Part shown: positions 27,641 through 41,700 of the stretch, piece by piece
Numbering within the stretch: position 1 is the first letter of the stretch
How the letters are laid out: the number at the start of each line of letters is the position of its first letter
From: Phoronis australis
Taxonomy: Eukaryota; Animalia; Phoronida
DNA length: 64,000 nucleotides
NCBI GenBank assembly: GCA_002633005.1
Contig: NMRA01000221.1
Span: 76,644 to 140,643, forward strand
Reading direction: 5' to 3'
The notes under the pieces: model-generated
What the model was told of the DNA's origin: nothing
The model's database searches: none
Seen by the model: only the letters and a program-made list of their open reading frames with translations
Made by a program: the position numbers and the translations under genes

Positions 27641-30130
27641 ATACTTTTCATTCTTAGAGAAGACGGAGAGACAATGCAAGAAAATGACGTTTATTGCATT
27701 GTTTTTTCACTGACTTAAACAGTTGTGACTCACAAGGTGAGTGTCGGTTGATTCCCAGAATTTGCATGTACCTCGTCCGGTCTTTAGCTTTACATGTTGA
27801 TACAAGTTTCACAGCAGAACTACTCTGTGTGCAATTTCGGAGTCTAAAGAAGAAATACACACGGTGGTACCTAGTTCCTAGTTGTATTTCGACGATAGAC
27901 AGCTGGCTGGCTGGCTAAGACTAGAGATTCCTAGCTAGGTCCACGGGTCAGAGGTTGGCTTTTCTTTAGTAAACATACGTACAAGACCTGAAATGAATAT
28001 AACTTACCAAATAGACAATGATGACACCCAGTCCGCTAACAACAACTGTTTCAATGAGATGGGGGTCGTAAAAGATTAGTGCGAAAACAATCACAAACAC
28101 ATGTCAAAGTTTTCAGTCTTTCACATTACAAAAGCGACTATGTTAACGAACCTGTCATTGGTGCAAAACTAGGTCAACATTTGTCCCAATTTCAAAAACA
28201 CAGAAATTCGTTTTCGTAGTAAATTTCTAGCACCCTATGTAGTCTGTTGGTGTCACAGGATACCTTTATGATCATAAAGCATGACATAATTAATGATATA
28301 CTTATTTTGTTGAATTAAAAACAACAAGTAAATGAAACGACACCTGTGAAGTTGACCAATCACGCTTACGATTTAACAGAAGTCCGTGAAGTCGGAAATA
28401 CAGTTGTTTAAATGCTTCCGGTAGCGGGTGTCGTTTGTCAAATTGTCCACTACTTGTCAACTGTCCGTTCTCAACTTGCCAGTGATAAGGCGTTTTTCTA
28501 ACGAGAGAAGGTAAGTAAATATTGATACCGTAGATTAATAGTGAAACATTGGCCCACAAAATAAAATAACGAAATTTCCATTCATTATTTTCGGTTTCGA
28601 TTCTTTAGTTAGGGAGGACAACGTAATTTTTTAATTTTTTTGCAATACCCAAGTCAGGCCAAGTGTCATACATTTTTGAAAAGGCCTTGCCCTTGGTGTG
28701 AGAAATGAAATAGTGCAAAAATCAGAAAAATTGGGTGAGCGGTTTCTGAGAAAATGGCCGTTGAAACGCGACGATTATGCGTAAAATATCTGCCTTTTTA
28801 CATAATTTCGTAAAAAATAAAAGAATATACATGTAAAAAAAATCATCTCATTGAGACAAACGTGGTGTGTATTATATAAAATTTGGATCGATTTCTACAG
28901 AGATATTGCTGTTTAAATGTGTTGTTATCATATGGAACAGGCTCATTCCGCATCATAACCTCATGTTTGATGAAAACAAGACAACATTGGTGGATTTGGG
29001 GAGGGGCAAGGGGGCCAGCCCGTGCCCCCCCCCACTAAAACTACCAGATTTCATTTGGCAGTTTGATGGTGCAAATATCTTACGGGTAAAATCCTGCTTA
29101 ACCCTGTTCCCCCCTCCTATCTAAAAATCCTAGATCTGCCCTTGAATACTACTACATGGGCAACTCATCATGGCCTGACAAGGGGCTGGGGTCGCTGGGA
29201 AAGGCTATAGCTCCCCCGCCCACTCTTTTTCAGTGCTGGGTGCCACCCATGTACTATTAGATCGTATCATAGCAAAAAAACATCAGAAAGTAGACAAAAG
29301 ACCATTTGGGAAAACAAATCACTCTTAACATGAAGGATTTCATCATTTACGCAACAAAACCTCTTTGTAACAACTTTATTTCGAACTGTGAAGTTGCGCT
29401 GCCATTGAACTTCAACGTAGCCGCTCGTGGCGCTGATGTGTGGCGACTTAGTGAACTAACGACTGCTGTTTGAAAAGTGCCAATGCGCAGCAGTTTGACA
29501 GAATTTATGAAAAAGAAATAATTATACCAATTAAAAGAGTGATGAATTCTTCATCTAAAATCAGGGTGAGGGGCATATTGCACAACTGCAAAAACATCAA
29601 TCTCCCGACCGATCAAAATTAGGCCTTCTGGACGATCGAAAACTCGCCATGAAAACTTGGCCTTGACTTCGAGAAAACAACTTGAGGAGATGTGCACGCA
29701 TCTAAACTATATCCTGTCCATCCAAATTTCATGTTTCTATTCGAGAGTATAGTGCTGTTTTGGACAGGAGGAACAAGAGGCACTTTTTGAAAGTTGATCG
29801 CATGGCGGAAAATCGTGCACTAAAAAAAGCTTACAAAAAATGATTTATCAGCGATAATTCGAGACAAAAAGATTACAAACTTACAAATAAAGTCTAAGGT
29901 AATGATTTATAACACACAATTGTCTTATAGTTAAGTTTGAAGTCTGAAATTGGGTAATTTACTGACGTGGGTTTTACACAAAGGCAGATTTGGAGTACCA
30001 TGACCTACTCTTCGATTGTCCTCCCGACTTTAGTTCAAGTTCAAGAAATTGTCATTGCCATTGGCATTGGCGATTGCACTAACTTTCAGTGCAAACTCAT
30101 ACCGATGATGGACTAGTAAAAGTAAAAATT

Positions 30131-32040
30131 CAAGCCAAACCAAATCAAGTCAAGTTATTTTATTAATAGTCGGTTAGTGAAACAACGAGAAAACATTAGC
30201 CATTGGCTAGTACACCGACAAATAAATACATAAGTTATAAAATAAATAAAATAAATAAAAATATATGTGAAATTAAAACAAAATTTAGAATACTATTTAC
30301 AAGGTTAACAAAGTTGAGCAATTAGCACCATAGGAAAGAAGACAATGTTTGGTTCATAAAATCCCAGATACTGCACTTACAGGGAGGCTCAGTCCATGCG
30401 TTTGCATGCTGTGTAAAAGTCTGCACGATCTCGCCTCTTCTGATAATGAATTCCACAAATTAGAGCCATAGGCTCTGAAACATAGTAGACCATACAGAGT
30501 AGTTCTGCATTGAAGTATGTTTGTCCTATTGGATGATCTCAAGATATATGGGGTCCTACGAATTGTAAGAAGGTCCCACAAAAATGGGGGTGACAAGTGG
30601 TTCAAAATTTTGAATGCCTCTTTCAGAATCATTCTCTGTCTACCAAGCTCAAGAGTAGGCAGATTAGCTCTCAGTAATAGTGTTTCATATGAGCTAGAGA
30701 AATCATCAAATACAAAACGCAGAGCCTTACATTGCATTGAACTTGTTCAATCTTATGTGTATTGACTTGGCCATAAAAATGCCAAATTAAAGCACGGTAG
30801 AGAAACTGGGATAAATTGAAACATTGAAATATCATCATCCAGCAACTAAAGTCTAGAATCCTAGCCAGACGCACACCAAGTAATTTAACGTCCACCTCAC
30901 TGGTGATTTTGGCTCCTTCAACCTCGACAACAGCCCTGGATATGTTCTTGGAGTCGTGAAGAAATATAGAATGGAATTTTGATGGATTTGCATGCATCAT
31001 ATTTTGCATGAACCGGGTAATTGCTTTTGAAGACTCGGATGTCAGTATGGCAGAGACTTCATCCCTTGTGCGAGCACTTGCTGAGAGAGTGTTATCATCA
31101 GCACAATTATACAACTGTGCCTCAGTAAATAAGACACTGATATCATTCACAAAAATATTGAACAGAACTGGACCCATGATGGAACCCTGTAGCACTCCCT
31201 TGACTATATCTAGCCAATCACTAGACACTTCACCAATCCTAACACGCTGTTTCCTTCCTGACAGATAGGACCATAAAATGGCACTTGTCTGTTCACTCAC
31301 ACCATCCGCTCTTAATTTTGCGATCATGAGTTGGTGTGGGAGGCAGCCGAACGCTTTGCTCAGATCCATGAGCACTGCTCCAGCACACTGATTTTGTTCA
31401 ACAGCCAACTTCCATTCTTCAACCAGACGTAGTAAAACTAATGGCCAGCTATATCCACTCCTATAGGCAGCAATCCGCGGATCTAATATAATATATAAAA
31501 ACTGGTTTATCTGTAACAACATGAGTCTCTCACAAATCTTGGAGAGAGCTGACAGTATACTCACTGGTCTGTAATTTTCCATCTTCAATCTGTCGTCCTT
31601 TTTAAGAACTGGCACTACTTCAGGAAGTTTAGCCATGTCCGGAAATTTACCAGTGTCAATGCTCTGATTAAAAATGATAGCTACATAATGACTCACAAAT
31701 TTTGCAACTGCTTTGAGCAACTTAACTGCAATATGATCACTACCAGTGGACTTCTTAGAAACGAGACATTCGATAACTTTTTCCACTTCAGTTGGAGTAG
31801 TATGCCTAAAGGAAAAGTTTCCACTCTTCATTTTAGTTTTAATAACCTGAATACTAGGATGGTTCGCATTGTGGTCGATCCACTTGCTAACAAAAGAATC
31901 GTTTGTGTGTGTGAGATCAACAGCACCACCAATTTTGGAGGCGATGTTAACATAAAACTCATTATGTATGTACAAACATCAGACGGACTAGTGACAATCT
32001 CATTTCCAATTCTTAACATAATACTAACCCTAATTAAATT
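30131..32040 (-). mobile_element. CR1/L2-group LINE, 5'-truncated and decayed
   Basis: NYRPVSIL, DLSKAF, QGSIMGP, CADD (YADD mutated); 3' stem-loop gtcggt..accgac, AATAAA and ACTTG-type tail. Confidence 0.9.
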
Positions 32041-32438
32041 TGCAAACTGTAGTTACCCCATTCCCATCCAACAAAATAAGTCCTATTTAGACATCAACTT
32101 TTGGCCCAGCGCAACTGACACGTAGCAAATTGACCCGTGTCAAGCGGCCGTTTACACACACAACTCACTAACCGTGGCAAGACGGAAATTGCAGGCTGGA
32201 GAGACTGGATCACACATGCGCAGGAGAGTTGCAGAGACAAAGAACCCGTATGTAGGTCATTCAGCAAGCGCAATAGAGATGATCCTTTCCGCCTTGCTCC
32301 AGTTTCGCGTTTAGACTTATAACTGACACGGCGCAAGATGTTCGGGCACAAATTGCTCTACCTCACAAACATGTGGCAAAAATTTGTCACCGCGGTGTCA
32401 ATTTGCTCCGTGTCAGTCCGTTTACACACTGGAACAAC

Positions 32439-33863
32439 TACCATATTAGCCGTAATAACCGCCCAGGGCGCTTAGAAAAGTTCGGTTCAGGGGGGGCGTT
32501 TATTATAACCCATGGCGGTTGAAACCCGGTCTCCGAAACTGGTGAAATCGGAAGCTAAGATTCATCAAATTTACGCTCTGTGACGTACATGTAATCTATG
32601 AAAGGCTTTTAACAAAACTGTGGTGCATTGCTATCAAACTTTGCTGCTAAATTACGATCATGTTACAGAAAATTGTGCTGATATCCCAGGGCAAAACTTG
32701 CTGACTGTCTGCCTCGAAATCGCCGTCTTCGATATGGCGACTTCAATGCTTGAATAAAAGTTTTGACTCAAGCAAATTACCTGAAATCCTCATTAAGTTT
32801 ATAAGTAGCGTCTCCAAGATTTTTTAAGTTCCCGTGGAGTCTGGATTAACGGCAGGTTTAAGTACAAATCTGTGTAACACCGTGCCATCTACATGTATGA
32901 TCGGCAACACTGCGAGAAAAATGTCCGGACAAACACAGATGTTGTTGTCACGTGACGTTTGTTTTGAAGTTCGTCTGCGAGTAAGCGAGCGCGTGCGTGT
33001 CACCAGAGTTCATTTGCCAAAGCAGAGACAGTCTTTTGGCCAGAGCCACGCAATCTAACTAGCAATCTAACTAGCTAGATGTGTCTAAAGAAATTTGCAC
33101 AAACAGTAGGCTGAAACCAGAGCACGTTTCATTCAGCACTTGCCGGTCTCGTGCTAAAAACTTTCGACATTTATCTCGGTAAGGCCAATATTAGTCGCCG
33201 TGTAGCTGGATGCGTACTTAACTATCTGACAGTTATTTTTCGGTGTAAGGGTGTGTAAGCATTCACCGTCAGTTGTCATTTTATCAGATATTCGGCTTAA
33301 AAACACCAATTATGGTTAATCAAACAATCCATCTCAAAAATAACGCAAACATGTTTTATAGTATTAGAAATTGTCGGAAATTAGTGCCAATATTAATTTC
33401 TTATCGATGCTATGCTACCCGTTTCATGAATGGATAGTTCCCGACTAATGTCTTTGATGACAGGTTCATGGATGTAGCGCGCGCTTCCTGGCCACGTGCG
33501 TTTAACACCGAGTTATTTTTATTCATGAGGCAGTCGATGTGTCTACTGAAAGGTCAGACCATAGTGGTACGCGGTCGTCGCGAGAGCGTAGCTACGCTGT
33601 TGCATTCTTTTTGAAGCGCTGCGTTACTTTGAAGTGTAAAGTCACGGCTAAATACAAACGTAGCAGTGCCGCTGGTGGTCTAGAAGACCCGTGCAAAATT
33701 TTTTTGATAAATTGAAGACGTTGCTGTAGCGGAGTTTTAGGACTGTAGGTACGTCATTGTTCGCATGTACACGTTCATGGACTGGGCGCTTATTTCAGCA
33801 AAGTCTGAAAACGCGTGGGGGGCGCTTATAGGGGCATGGGCGGTTATTACGGCGAATACGGTA
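32439..33863. mobile_element. 1.4-kb non-autonomous DNA transposon with TA TSD, nested in another repeat
   Basis: TIR taccatattagccgtaataaccgccca / tgggcggttattacggcgaatacggta. Confidence 0.75.
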
Positions 33864-35659
33864 GTTCCATGTCAGCTGATCCGTGTCAACTTTGTAAGTG
33901 TAAATGGCACTATAGAGAATCAATTAGCTGGCCTGTTAACAGTTATGTTATAAAGAGATGTCATACAGACAGTCATATTTTAAGGCCCTTTACTAACAGT
34001 AACATTGACGTGTCTAGTTGCGATCCTGAGTCGAAGATAAAAGTGCAGTGAATAGGTGGATTTAACCGCGGAGTGTCGACACGGCGGTGTGGTCATTACA
34101 TACCATTCTCCTGGAGTGTAAAAATCAAGACATTTCCACTATCACGATCTATAATCTAGAATCGTATTCGATTAAACTTGTCAAGCAAGCGTTTTGTTTT
34201 GGTACACAATACTGTGGTTAAACTGGTCAGAGTTTACAGTCACACAAAGGAATCAACAGGTGAAAGTTAAGTGTAATTTCTCTGAAAGTCCATCCCTTTT
34301 CTCCATTTGAAGTTTTTTTGGTGAAAGTATTTCATACAAAACACATCTGCTCCACGACATTTGTTGAAAGTCATTTGCAAATGTTATTTTAATATCAGTT
34401 AGCTTCAGGCACACTGTTTACAACATAAATGATGGATTACGTGAGCTTATCAGATGAAAGCAGACATTAAGAGAATTAGACTATGTAAACATTGATTTGT
34501 CACCATCAATTTGATAATGGCACGGCTGGCTGATCAGTCAGTTGGGATAATCATTCCACTGCGCGGGTGCGTAACATGAATGGTCAACTTCGGTCTCGCC
34601 AAAATTTATCATCAAAGGCAGGAGTCACTGCTACCGTCAACAATTAAATGTCAGTGTCGTCACTAATTTTGCTAATATTTTGTTCAAATAATCACTAGTC
34701 TAATTGGAATAAAGGTTTATGTAAATTACCCATAACTGCTCTCAAGATTACCGTATTAAAAAGATCTTATTGCACACAAGACGAAAAAACTGCCTTTTCT
34801 TAGTCTACCTTGAACGTTACCTTGTGGGTCGACGCTATCTTGCAATAACTTTGATGACGACAGCATCACCTTCCGTTTACTGTGATGTGGTTAACTTTTG
34901 AAGCTGGTATGATCGGTTCAACTGACTTTGCAGTTTATACCACCGCTTATACTGGGCTTAAGTTAGTACGAAAGGGCCTATAGGAGTCCAAGTTGATCAA
35001 GCAACTGGACAACATTCAATCTGCTATTAACAATCTCCAAGGTCAGCTAACCAAAGGAAGACATCGCTGTCAACAGACGGTTTTAATTATATGGCTAACT
35101 AAATTGCACTTGTAGTAGGATTGGATAGAGTTTAATCAAATAAAAGAGTGTCAAACAGATCAAAATTCATTGACAGGTAATTCAGAATTTGTTTGGCTTT
35201 CTGGATTTCAGTATATTCTAACTCCGGCTCGTGGCGGTAACAATCAGTTGGCAAAATGCACTGGAGCAACACCAACCCTACCTTGTAGCAGAGGGTTGGT
35301 GGACCAACTACAGATAATTTGGCTTTATATGCCGCAAGTGTCGGCCTATATTATTTTTTATATTACGTAGCCACTGTTGCTTCTTTCCTCTGATTTTTCC
35401 ATCTCTCCTACTGCCATGATCTGCTCTCTTTTGGTTGTACAACCTGTAATTAGTCAGGTTACTGATAACGACATTTGACAATGGGAAGGGTATACATGAA
35501 AAGATATATTTCACGTCCAGTCAGTCGACATGAGCTTGCAAAGGAAGGTATCCAACTGTATTTTAGCCAATCAGGGGACAGGAGTATCAGTGGTTGTGTA
35601 ATGATAATGGACTGTAGTTACTGTCGAGTGGTGGCTGTGAGTACTGAGGACATACTTTA

Positions 35660-36620
35660 TAAACAGGAGTAACAACTGCCATCTTCCTAGAGAATGGAAG
35701 ATGGCAGTTGTTACTCCTGTTTTTAAAGATGGTGAAAAGTCAAGTTGCGAAAATTATAGACCAATATCGGTCCTCCCTGCAGTGTCCAAAATTCTTGAAA
35801 GGTGTGTTCAAAAGCAGCTTCACCAGTTCCTGGAGTAAAATTCCCTTCTCTCGGCAGCACAGTCTGGTTTCCGCCCCTTGCATTCCACTCTTACTACAAA
35901 CATTCATGCTACTGAGTTTATCTTTAATAATATGGATCAGGGGAGGCTTACTGGTGCTGTCTTTGTTGACCTTAAGAAAGCCTTTGACACTGTGGACCAT
36001 GGTATCCTATTGCAGAAACTAGAGTCTTATGGAGTTAATGATAATGAACTCTTTTGGTTTAGAAACTACTTATACGACCGTAAACAGGCCACCAAATACG
36101 GTGGTATACTTTCAGACTACTCAACCGTAATCACGAGGGTACCTCAGGGTTCCATTTTGGGCCCTTTATTATTCACTATTTTTGTTAACGACCTCCCTGC
36201 TGTTCTTCACAACAGTGTCCCAGTTTTATACGCTGATAACACTGCAATTATGTCCACAGCTGGATCAGTAAAAGAACTCGAAACTTCTCTATACGATGAG
36301 CTAGCCCTTATCCATGACTGGCTGATTCAAAATAAAATCACGTCATTTTTTCATTGTCGTAAATACTCTCACTGTCTAGAGTCATCTCTTAATTTATTTC
36401 ATCTGTCTTAGTTAATTTTTTACCATTATTCATCATTTAGTTATTGTCTTAATTCTCAACCTGTTTTAATTGTATCTTTGTTACGTATATTCCATTGTTG
36501 TTTTATTACTTCATTGTATTGTATTACCGTTTTACTTGTTGAGGGCCCTCTTGGAAAGCAGTGCTATCACTGAAGAGGCCACCCTCATTTAAAATATCAC
36601 AATAATAAATAAATAGATAA
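35660..36620 (+). mobile_element. CR1/L2-group LINE fragment with internal deletion
   Basis: NYRPISVLP, VDLKKAFDTVDH, VPQGSILGPLLF, YADN; 3' stem-loop gaggg..ccctc and (aaat)n tail. Confidence 0.88.
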
Positions 36621-36949
36621 ATACTCGAGATTTATTGTTGGTATGTTATTGAGATAGGCAGTGGTAAATGCTAGCAGTCAGTCTTTGTGAGATTATATTA
36701 AGCTGGCCATGTCATGATCTGTGTAATCTTGTGTGTTGTAATGTGAACAACATTGTACCCAGATAGATACTATACCCTTGCAATTTCAGTGGCTCACTGT
36801 ACTGCCATCTGTGGCCTGTTGGATTTCTAGTCTGTAGCACAGTATACAGTACAAGTCCAGCGCACTAGGCATCATGAACCTGCATTCTCAGCACGTTTAA
36901 CAGCTCTGAACAAATCATTGTGTCTATCACGTTGCTATAGTGAGAGACC

Positions 36950-36966
36950 ATGACAGAAAGAAACGG
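36950..36966 (+). CDS. Rab GTPase, first coding exon (MTERNG)
   Basis: ATG ACA GAA AGA AAC GG|gtaagc; phase 2 joins the next exon in frame; acceptor ctatag ends at 36940. Confidence 0.6.
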
Positions 36967-37388
36967 GTAAGCTGAAATGGTTTGATATTGTTGGTTAAAC
37001 TTTAGAAGTAACCATTATTTTGTAAGCCTTAATAGAATTTGTGCTATATTTTGTTCAATTCCATATAAATCTGTGATAGTTGACTAATGTTACCCTGCGA
37101 TTCCTCGTGGTGAAGTCTCAGAGCTCTGACATTCCAATGGCTATCACAAATTTCTTACTAACAGTTTGAAAATGCTATTGGTTTATAAAAATGGTATTTT
37201 TTATAACTTAAAGGTTATGTAAGACCATGCAAAAATGTCAAATTTGGCTAACTTTGGAACATAAATTCTCAGAAATGATTGACCATATGGTACCTGGAGA
37301 AGTTTTTTTAAAAACTTCTAAAATTGGTATTTGTATCAAATTCTTTGCAGTGCTTTTATTTATTGGATTGGTTTTGTCTGTTTTTTAG

Positions 37389-37501
37389 CCATGATGTCAG
37401 CTACAAAGTGTTACTTCTGGGTGAACAGGCAGTTGGCAAGACTTCGTTAATGAGATGTTTAGAGGGAAAGCAGTTCAATCCATCCATGCTGAGTACAATT
37501 G
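37389..37501 (+). CDS. Rab GTPase exon, P-loop (HDVSYKVLLLGEQAVGKTSLMRCLEGKQFNPSMLSTI)
   Basis: ttttttag acceptor, gtaaac donor; GxxxxGKT motif and G2 Thr. Confidence 0.92.
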
Positions 37502-39725
37502 GTAAACAATTTCAGCTGAGGTAGCTTGTAAAAATAACTGGTATTGGACCCAACTTCCAAAGTTTTTGAGGTCCATTTAATTTCGTTGGGACCAGAGAAG
37601 CAGTCCAGAAATCATTACATTAACACAAACTGGTGTTCGCTGTAAACTCGGGGCGTGAGGTGATTCTTTCGATACTTTTATCTATGGAAATTACGGGAAG
37701 ATAATGAAGAAATGTAACTTAGGTTTTATTTCTGTGCAAATCGTCAAAGTTGCTGCATAAATGCAGCCTTGACAAAGCATTGCTTACTGCTTTACTGCAA
37801 ATACTTAAAAAAAAAATTGTTTAGTGATGTAAGACCCTGAAAATGTCAAAATTTGGCTAAATTTAGATTATCATATCTAGAAATGCTTAATTGGATTTCA
37901 TATTGATAAAACTTTCCTTTGTCATGGAGACAAGAAAGCGTGTGACCTAGTTTTGGAAATCAGACACATTTTCGTGTCTCTCATTGATGCCGAGTAGGCA
38001 AAGAATTTCAGGTCACGCATCCATGGGTATTTGTCCAGTTTGTCAAACTTTTTCACGTCGGAGTTTTACCCCACAGCATAGCAGTAATACTTTGTTGGCA
38101 TTGGAAGGACGAATAGAGTAATGCAACCGAGAAAACTTGTAAAGAATTAGACTACAACAAATAATATGTGAAACTCCAGTGGCACAAAAACAAGGCACCA
38201 AATGTGCCTGACGAATGCTTACAGCGTTGTGAGTTAATACAGTGAAATTCGGGACGGCCTCATATGTTTTCTGTGCTGCTGCTCATTGGTTTTTCTTCGT
38301 GAACTGTTATGAAGGCATGTTCAGCTCTTGTGTTTGGTTGGAGCTACTTTCTTTGCCATTTCGTGCAAAGTTCCCATTGCCGTTCTGGTTACTCATGCTT
38401 TTTCTGTTGATACATGTAGGATGTGTAGATCTTGGAATTTTTCTCTTTTAAGGGAATTTCTTCTTTTTTATCTCTTTTTTATCATTACTTTGACTTTAAT
38501 CATGCAAAAATTTTTATATCAGTTACATTTTACAACACACATAAAATACATGTATTTCTATCTGAAGCCTAATTCTGTGAGGAATGATACACCACCTAGA
38601 AAATTTTCCTCTTTTTGTCAGTGGTCATTCCAAGCCCTGAATGTGGAAATGCATGCTGTCCATGATTATCTCATTTGTATAATTATGCGCCCACATATTT
38701 ATATATGGACGCATTATGCCGTCATCTCCATCCGTCCGTCCGGGCGGCGTCCGTCCGGCGTCCGGCATCCGCTGCTCTATCTCCAAAACCCTTTGACATA
38801 TGTTCATGAAATTTGACACATATGTTCCATTTATAAATGGGACGGCATGAGCGAACTTTCGAACGGATCCGACTATCGGTGTGCCCCCTAGTGGCAATTT
38901 TAGATTTTTATGCTTACCTTTGTAGCTTCAAAAGTCCTGAACGGATATTCATGAAATTTGGTATGTAGGCACCTATTAGTGAGATGACGCTATCCTGCTC
39001 GTTTTCGGATGGATTCGACATAGTTTGCGCCACCTAGTGGCCATTTTTACTGTTTTTGCGTCCACCTCTCTATCAACCAAATCACTCAAAGGATGATTGT
39101 GAAAATTGGCATGTATGTGCTTACTGTAAAGAGGATGGTTGACGATGAATTTCCAACGATTTCGAGTAATCCGGCGTCTCCTAGTGGCAGTTATGTTTTT
39201 GTTGCGCCTATGGCTCTATCTCCTAAACCGTTCGGAGGATCTCTACTTAATTTAGCAAGTGTATTGATATGATGTTGACTACGGATGATGACGACTTTCG
39301 GACAGATCTGACTACTGCTGTGCCCCCTAGTGGCAATTTTAGTTTTTTACGTTTAACTCAGTATCTTCAAAGGTCCTCAACAGATTTTGATAAAATTTTA
39401 AATATAGGCATCTATTGGTGTGATGATGCTATCTTCCTGTTTTTCTATGGAATAGAGGTATTTTGCACCACCTAGTGGCCATTTTTGCTGTTTTCAAATC
39501 TTGTTTTTGGCATCCACCCCTATATCAACCAAATCATTTGAAAATTGTCATATATGTTCTCAGTGTGAAGACGACCTTTGACGATGGTGACTGACTACTG
39601 TGGCGCCTCATAGTGGTAGTTTTGTTTTGCGCCCATAGTTGTATCTCCTAAACCCACTGCAGGATCTTTACTAAATTTAAAAACCGGACAATCGCCGCAC
39701 AAATAAAAAAGTTCATGTTCAATTC

Positions 39726-39756
39726 AACGTTTCGTCTTTTCATTAGACATCATCAA
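39726..39756 (-). ncRNA. Hammerhead motif with core mutation (TTGATGA)
   Basis: Same motif with the first core C changed to T. Confidence 0.4.
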
Positions 39757-40207
39757 TACCATATTTACAACAATTTTGGACAACAAGTGCCAACATACAG
39801 CTCAGGTAACAAGAACAAGACCAATGTCGTGTATAAGGTTGAATGTGACAACTGTAAGGAATTCTATATGGACTCACACAGAGACGCCTCTGTGACAGGT
39901 TGAAAGAACATCACACCTAAGAGAAAAGTAACGTATATAGGCATTGTATTAGCTACAATCACCAAGCCAACTCTGTTAGTATTATCTGCAGAGAACTCAA
40001 TAAGGAGTTACTGTACATTAAAGAGTCATTGGCCATTCAGAACCAGCATGCCACTGATTCTCTGAATAACATGCAGAGTTCTGTAACCCTGCAGCTATGG
40101 TGATGACCAGCTACCGACCTTATTCTATGTATCTCTCACTTCACTCTATGGATGTTACCTGAGCTGTATGTTGGCACTTGTTGTCCTAAATTGTTGTAAA
40201 TATGATC

Positions 40208-40238
40208 CTGATGATGTCTAATGAAAAGACGAAACGTT
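40208..40238 (+). ncRNA. Minimal type I hammerhead-ribozyme motif (PLE-associated)
   Basis: CTGATGA-t-GTCT-aatgaaa-AGAC-GAAA-CGTT; palindromic AACGTT in place of stem III; stem I looks weak. Confidence 0.65.
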
Positions 40239-40621
40239 GAATTGAACATGAACTTTTTTATTTGTGCGGCGATTGTCCGGTTTTTAATCTTATTGTGGCC
40301 AAAAACTGATTTAATTACTAAATTTAGTAAGTGTATTTATATGAAGATAACAACAGACGACGACGACTTTCAGGCGGATCGAATGGACACTGTGCCCACT
40401 AGTGGCAATTTCATTTTATTCTGTTTCTCTGAAGTTCCTTGACAGATTTTTATGAAATATGGCATGTTCCTGTTTTTGGATGGATTGTATGTTTTTGCAC
40501 CATCTAGTGACCATTTTCATGATACAAATAAATAACCCTAAAAGCACACCATTTGCAGTGCATTCGTGGGCGCATTTCAACGCTCTGCGTTGCTCTTGTT
40601 TTATTTTTCTATGTTTTCCAG

Positions 40622-40682
40622 CTGTTGGTGTTGTAACTAAAGTTCTGGTAGTGAATGGAGTCCACGTTCAGCTTGAGGTGTG
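40622..40682 (+). CDS. Rab GTPase exon (AVGVVTKVLVVNGVHVQLEVW)
   Basis: ttttccag acceptor, gtaagt donor; 61 nt, phases 1 to 2 fit both neighbours; QLEVW resembles Rab KLQIW. Confidence 0.88.
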
Positions 40683-41226
40683 GTAAGTCCACAAAGCCAG
40701 GACAAAGACAAAAATACATGGTGTGCCAAAAATGCACTCACACTTCATGTGACGATAACTGCGTTGTTTATTGACTAGGGAACAGGATTACTAGTACTGG
40801 CTTCATGAAGTTTTCATAACAAACATTCAGGCTATATCTACAAGTTTCATGAAACAGTTTTGATGATTTCATGCACCTTTTTCTATTTTTGTTTCAAACA
40901 TTGTTGTGAATGACCATATTATCAAACAAAAATATTTTTCTGATATGCTATGGACAGAGCTTGAACATAGTAAGAATTAATTTGATGCTATATGTCTTAT
41001 GGATAAAATACAAAAAAAAATTCACTTGCATCCTAGTTTGGTGAGATTTTGCTGTCATGCTGATTCAGTGAAGTTGAAAAGAGAACAGACAAACAGTTAT
41101 CTTGATCAATTCTTTAGAGATACAGACACTGTTCTAGACAGAGGGTCAGGACGTCCTGCTCAGTCACTTGTACATTGCTAAAAACCGGACAATCGCCGCA
41201 CAAATAAAAAAGTTCATATTCAATTC

Positions 41227-41257
41227 AACGTTTCGTCTTTTCATTAGACATCATCAG
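41227..41257 (-). ncRNA. Minimal hammerhead motif
   Basis: Reverse complement of the same core, intact. Confidence 0.6.
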
Positions 41258-41669
41258 GATCATATTTACAACAATTTAGGACAACAAGTGCCAACATACA
41301 GCTCAGGTAACATCCATAGAGTGAAGTGCGAGATACATAGAATAAGGCGGTAGCTGGTCATCACCATAGCTGCAGGGTTACAGAGCTCTGCATGTTATTC
41401 AGAGAATCAGTGGCATGCTGGTTCTGAATGGCCAATGACTCTTTAATGTACAGTGACTCCTTATTGGGTTCTCTGCAGATAATACTAACAGAGTTGGCTT
41501 GGTGATTGTAGCTAACGCAATGCCTATATACGTTACGTATATAGGCATTGTGTTAGCTATGGTGATGACCAGCTACCGACCTTATTCTATGTATCTCTCA
41601 CTTCAGTCTGTGGATGTTACCTGAGCTGTATGTTGGCACTTGTTGTCCTAAATTGTTGTAAATATGATC

Positions 41670-41700
41670 CTGATGATGTCTAATGAATAGACGAAACGTT
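41670..41700 (+). ncRNA. Minimal hammerhead motif
   Basis: CTGATGA-t-GTCTA-atgaa-TAGAC-GAAA-CGTT. Confidence 0.65.

Larger units (their letters stand above)
39680..40314 (+). mobile_element. Short PLE copy with inverted 5' pseudo-LTR, GIY-YIG remnant and 3' tail
   Basis: About 130-bp inverted ends; NKTNVVYKVECDNCKEFY; TSD TTACTAAATTTA at 39668-39679 and 40315-40326. Confidence 0.88.
38683..40600 (+). mobile_element. Non-autonomous Helentron-type (HINE/DINE-like) element with internal tandem array
   Basis: 5' subTIR ATGCGCCCAC (38685-38694), CGTC-rich microsatellite, ~146-bp units, 3' subTIR GTGGGCGCAT (40566-40575), hairpin CAACGC-tct-GCGTTG, T-rich ends. Confidence 0.75.

Noticed and set aside
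30100-30130. Hammerhead-like ccgatgatggactagtaaaagt
   Set aside because: Core mutated, stem II incomplete and no GAAA
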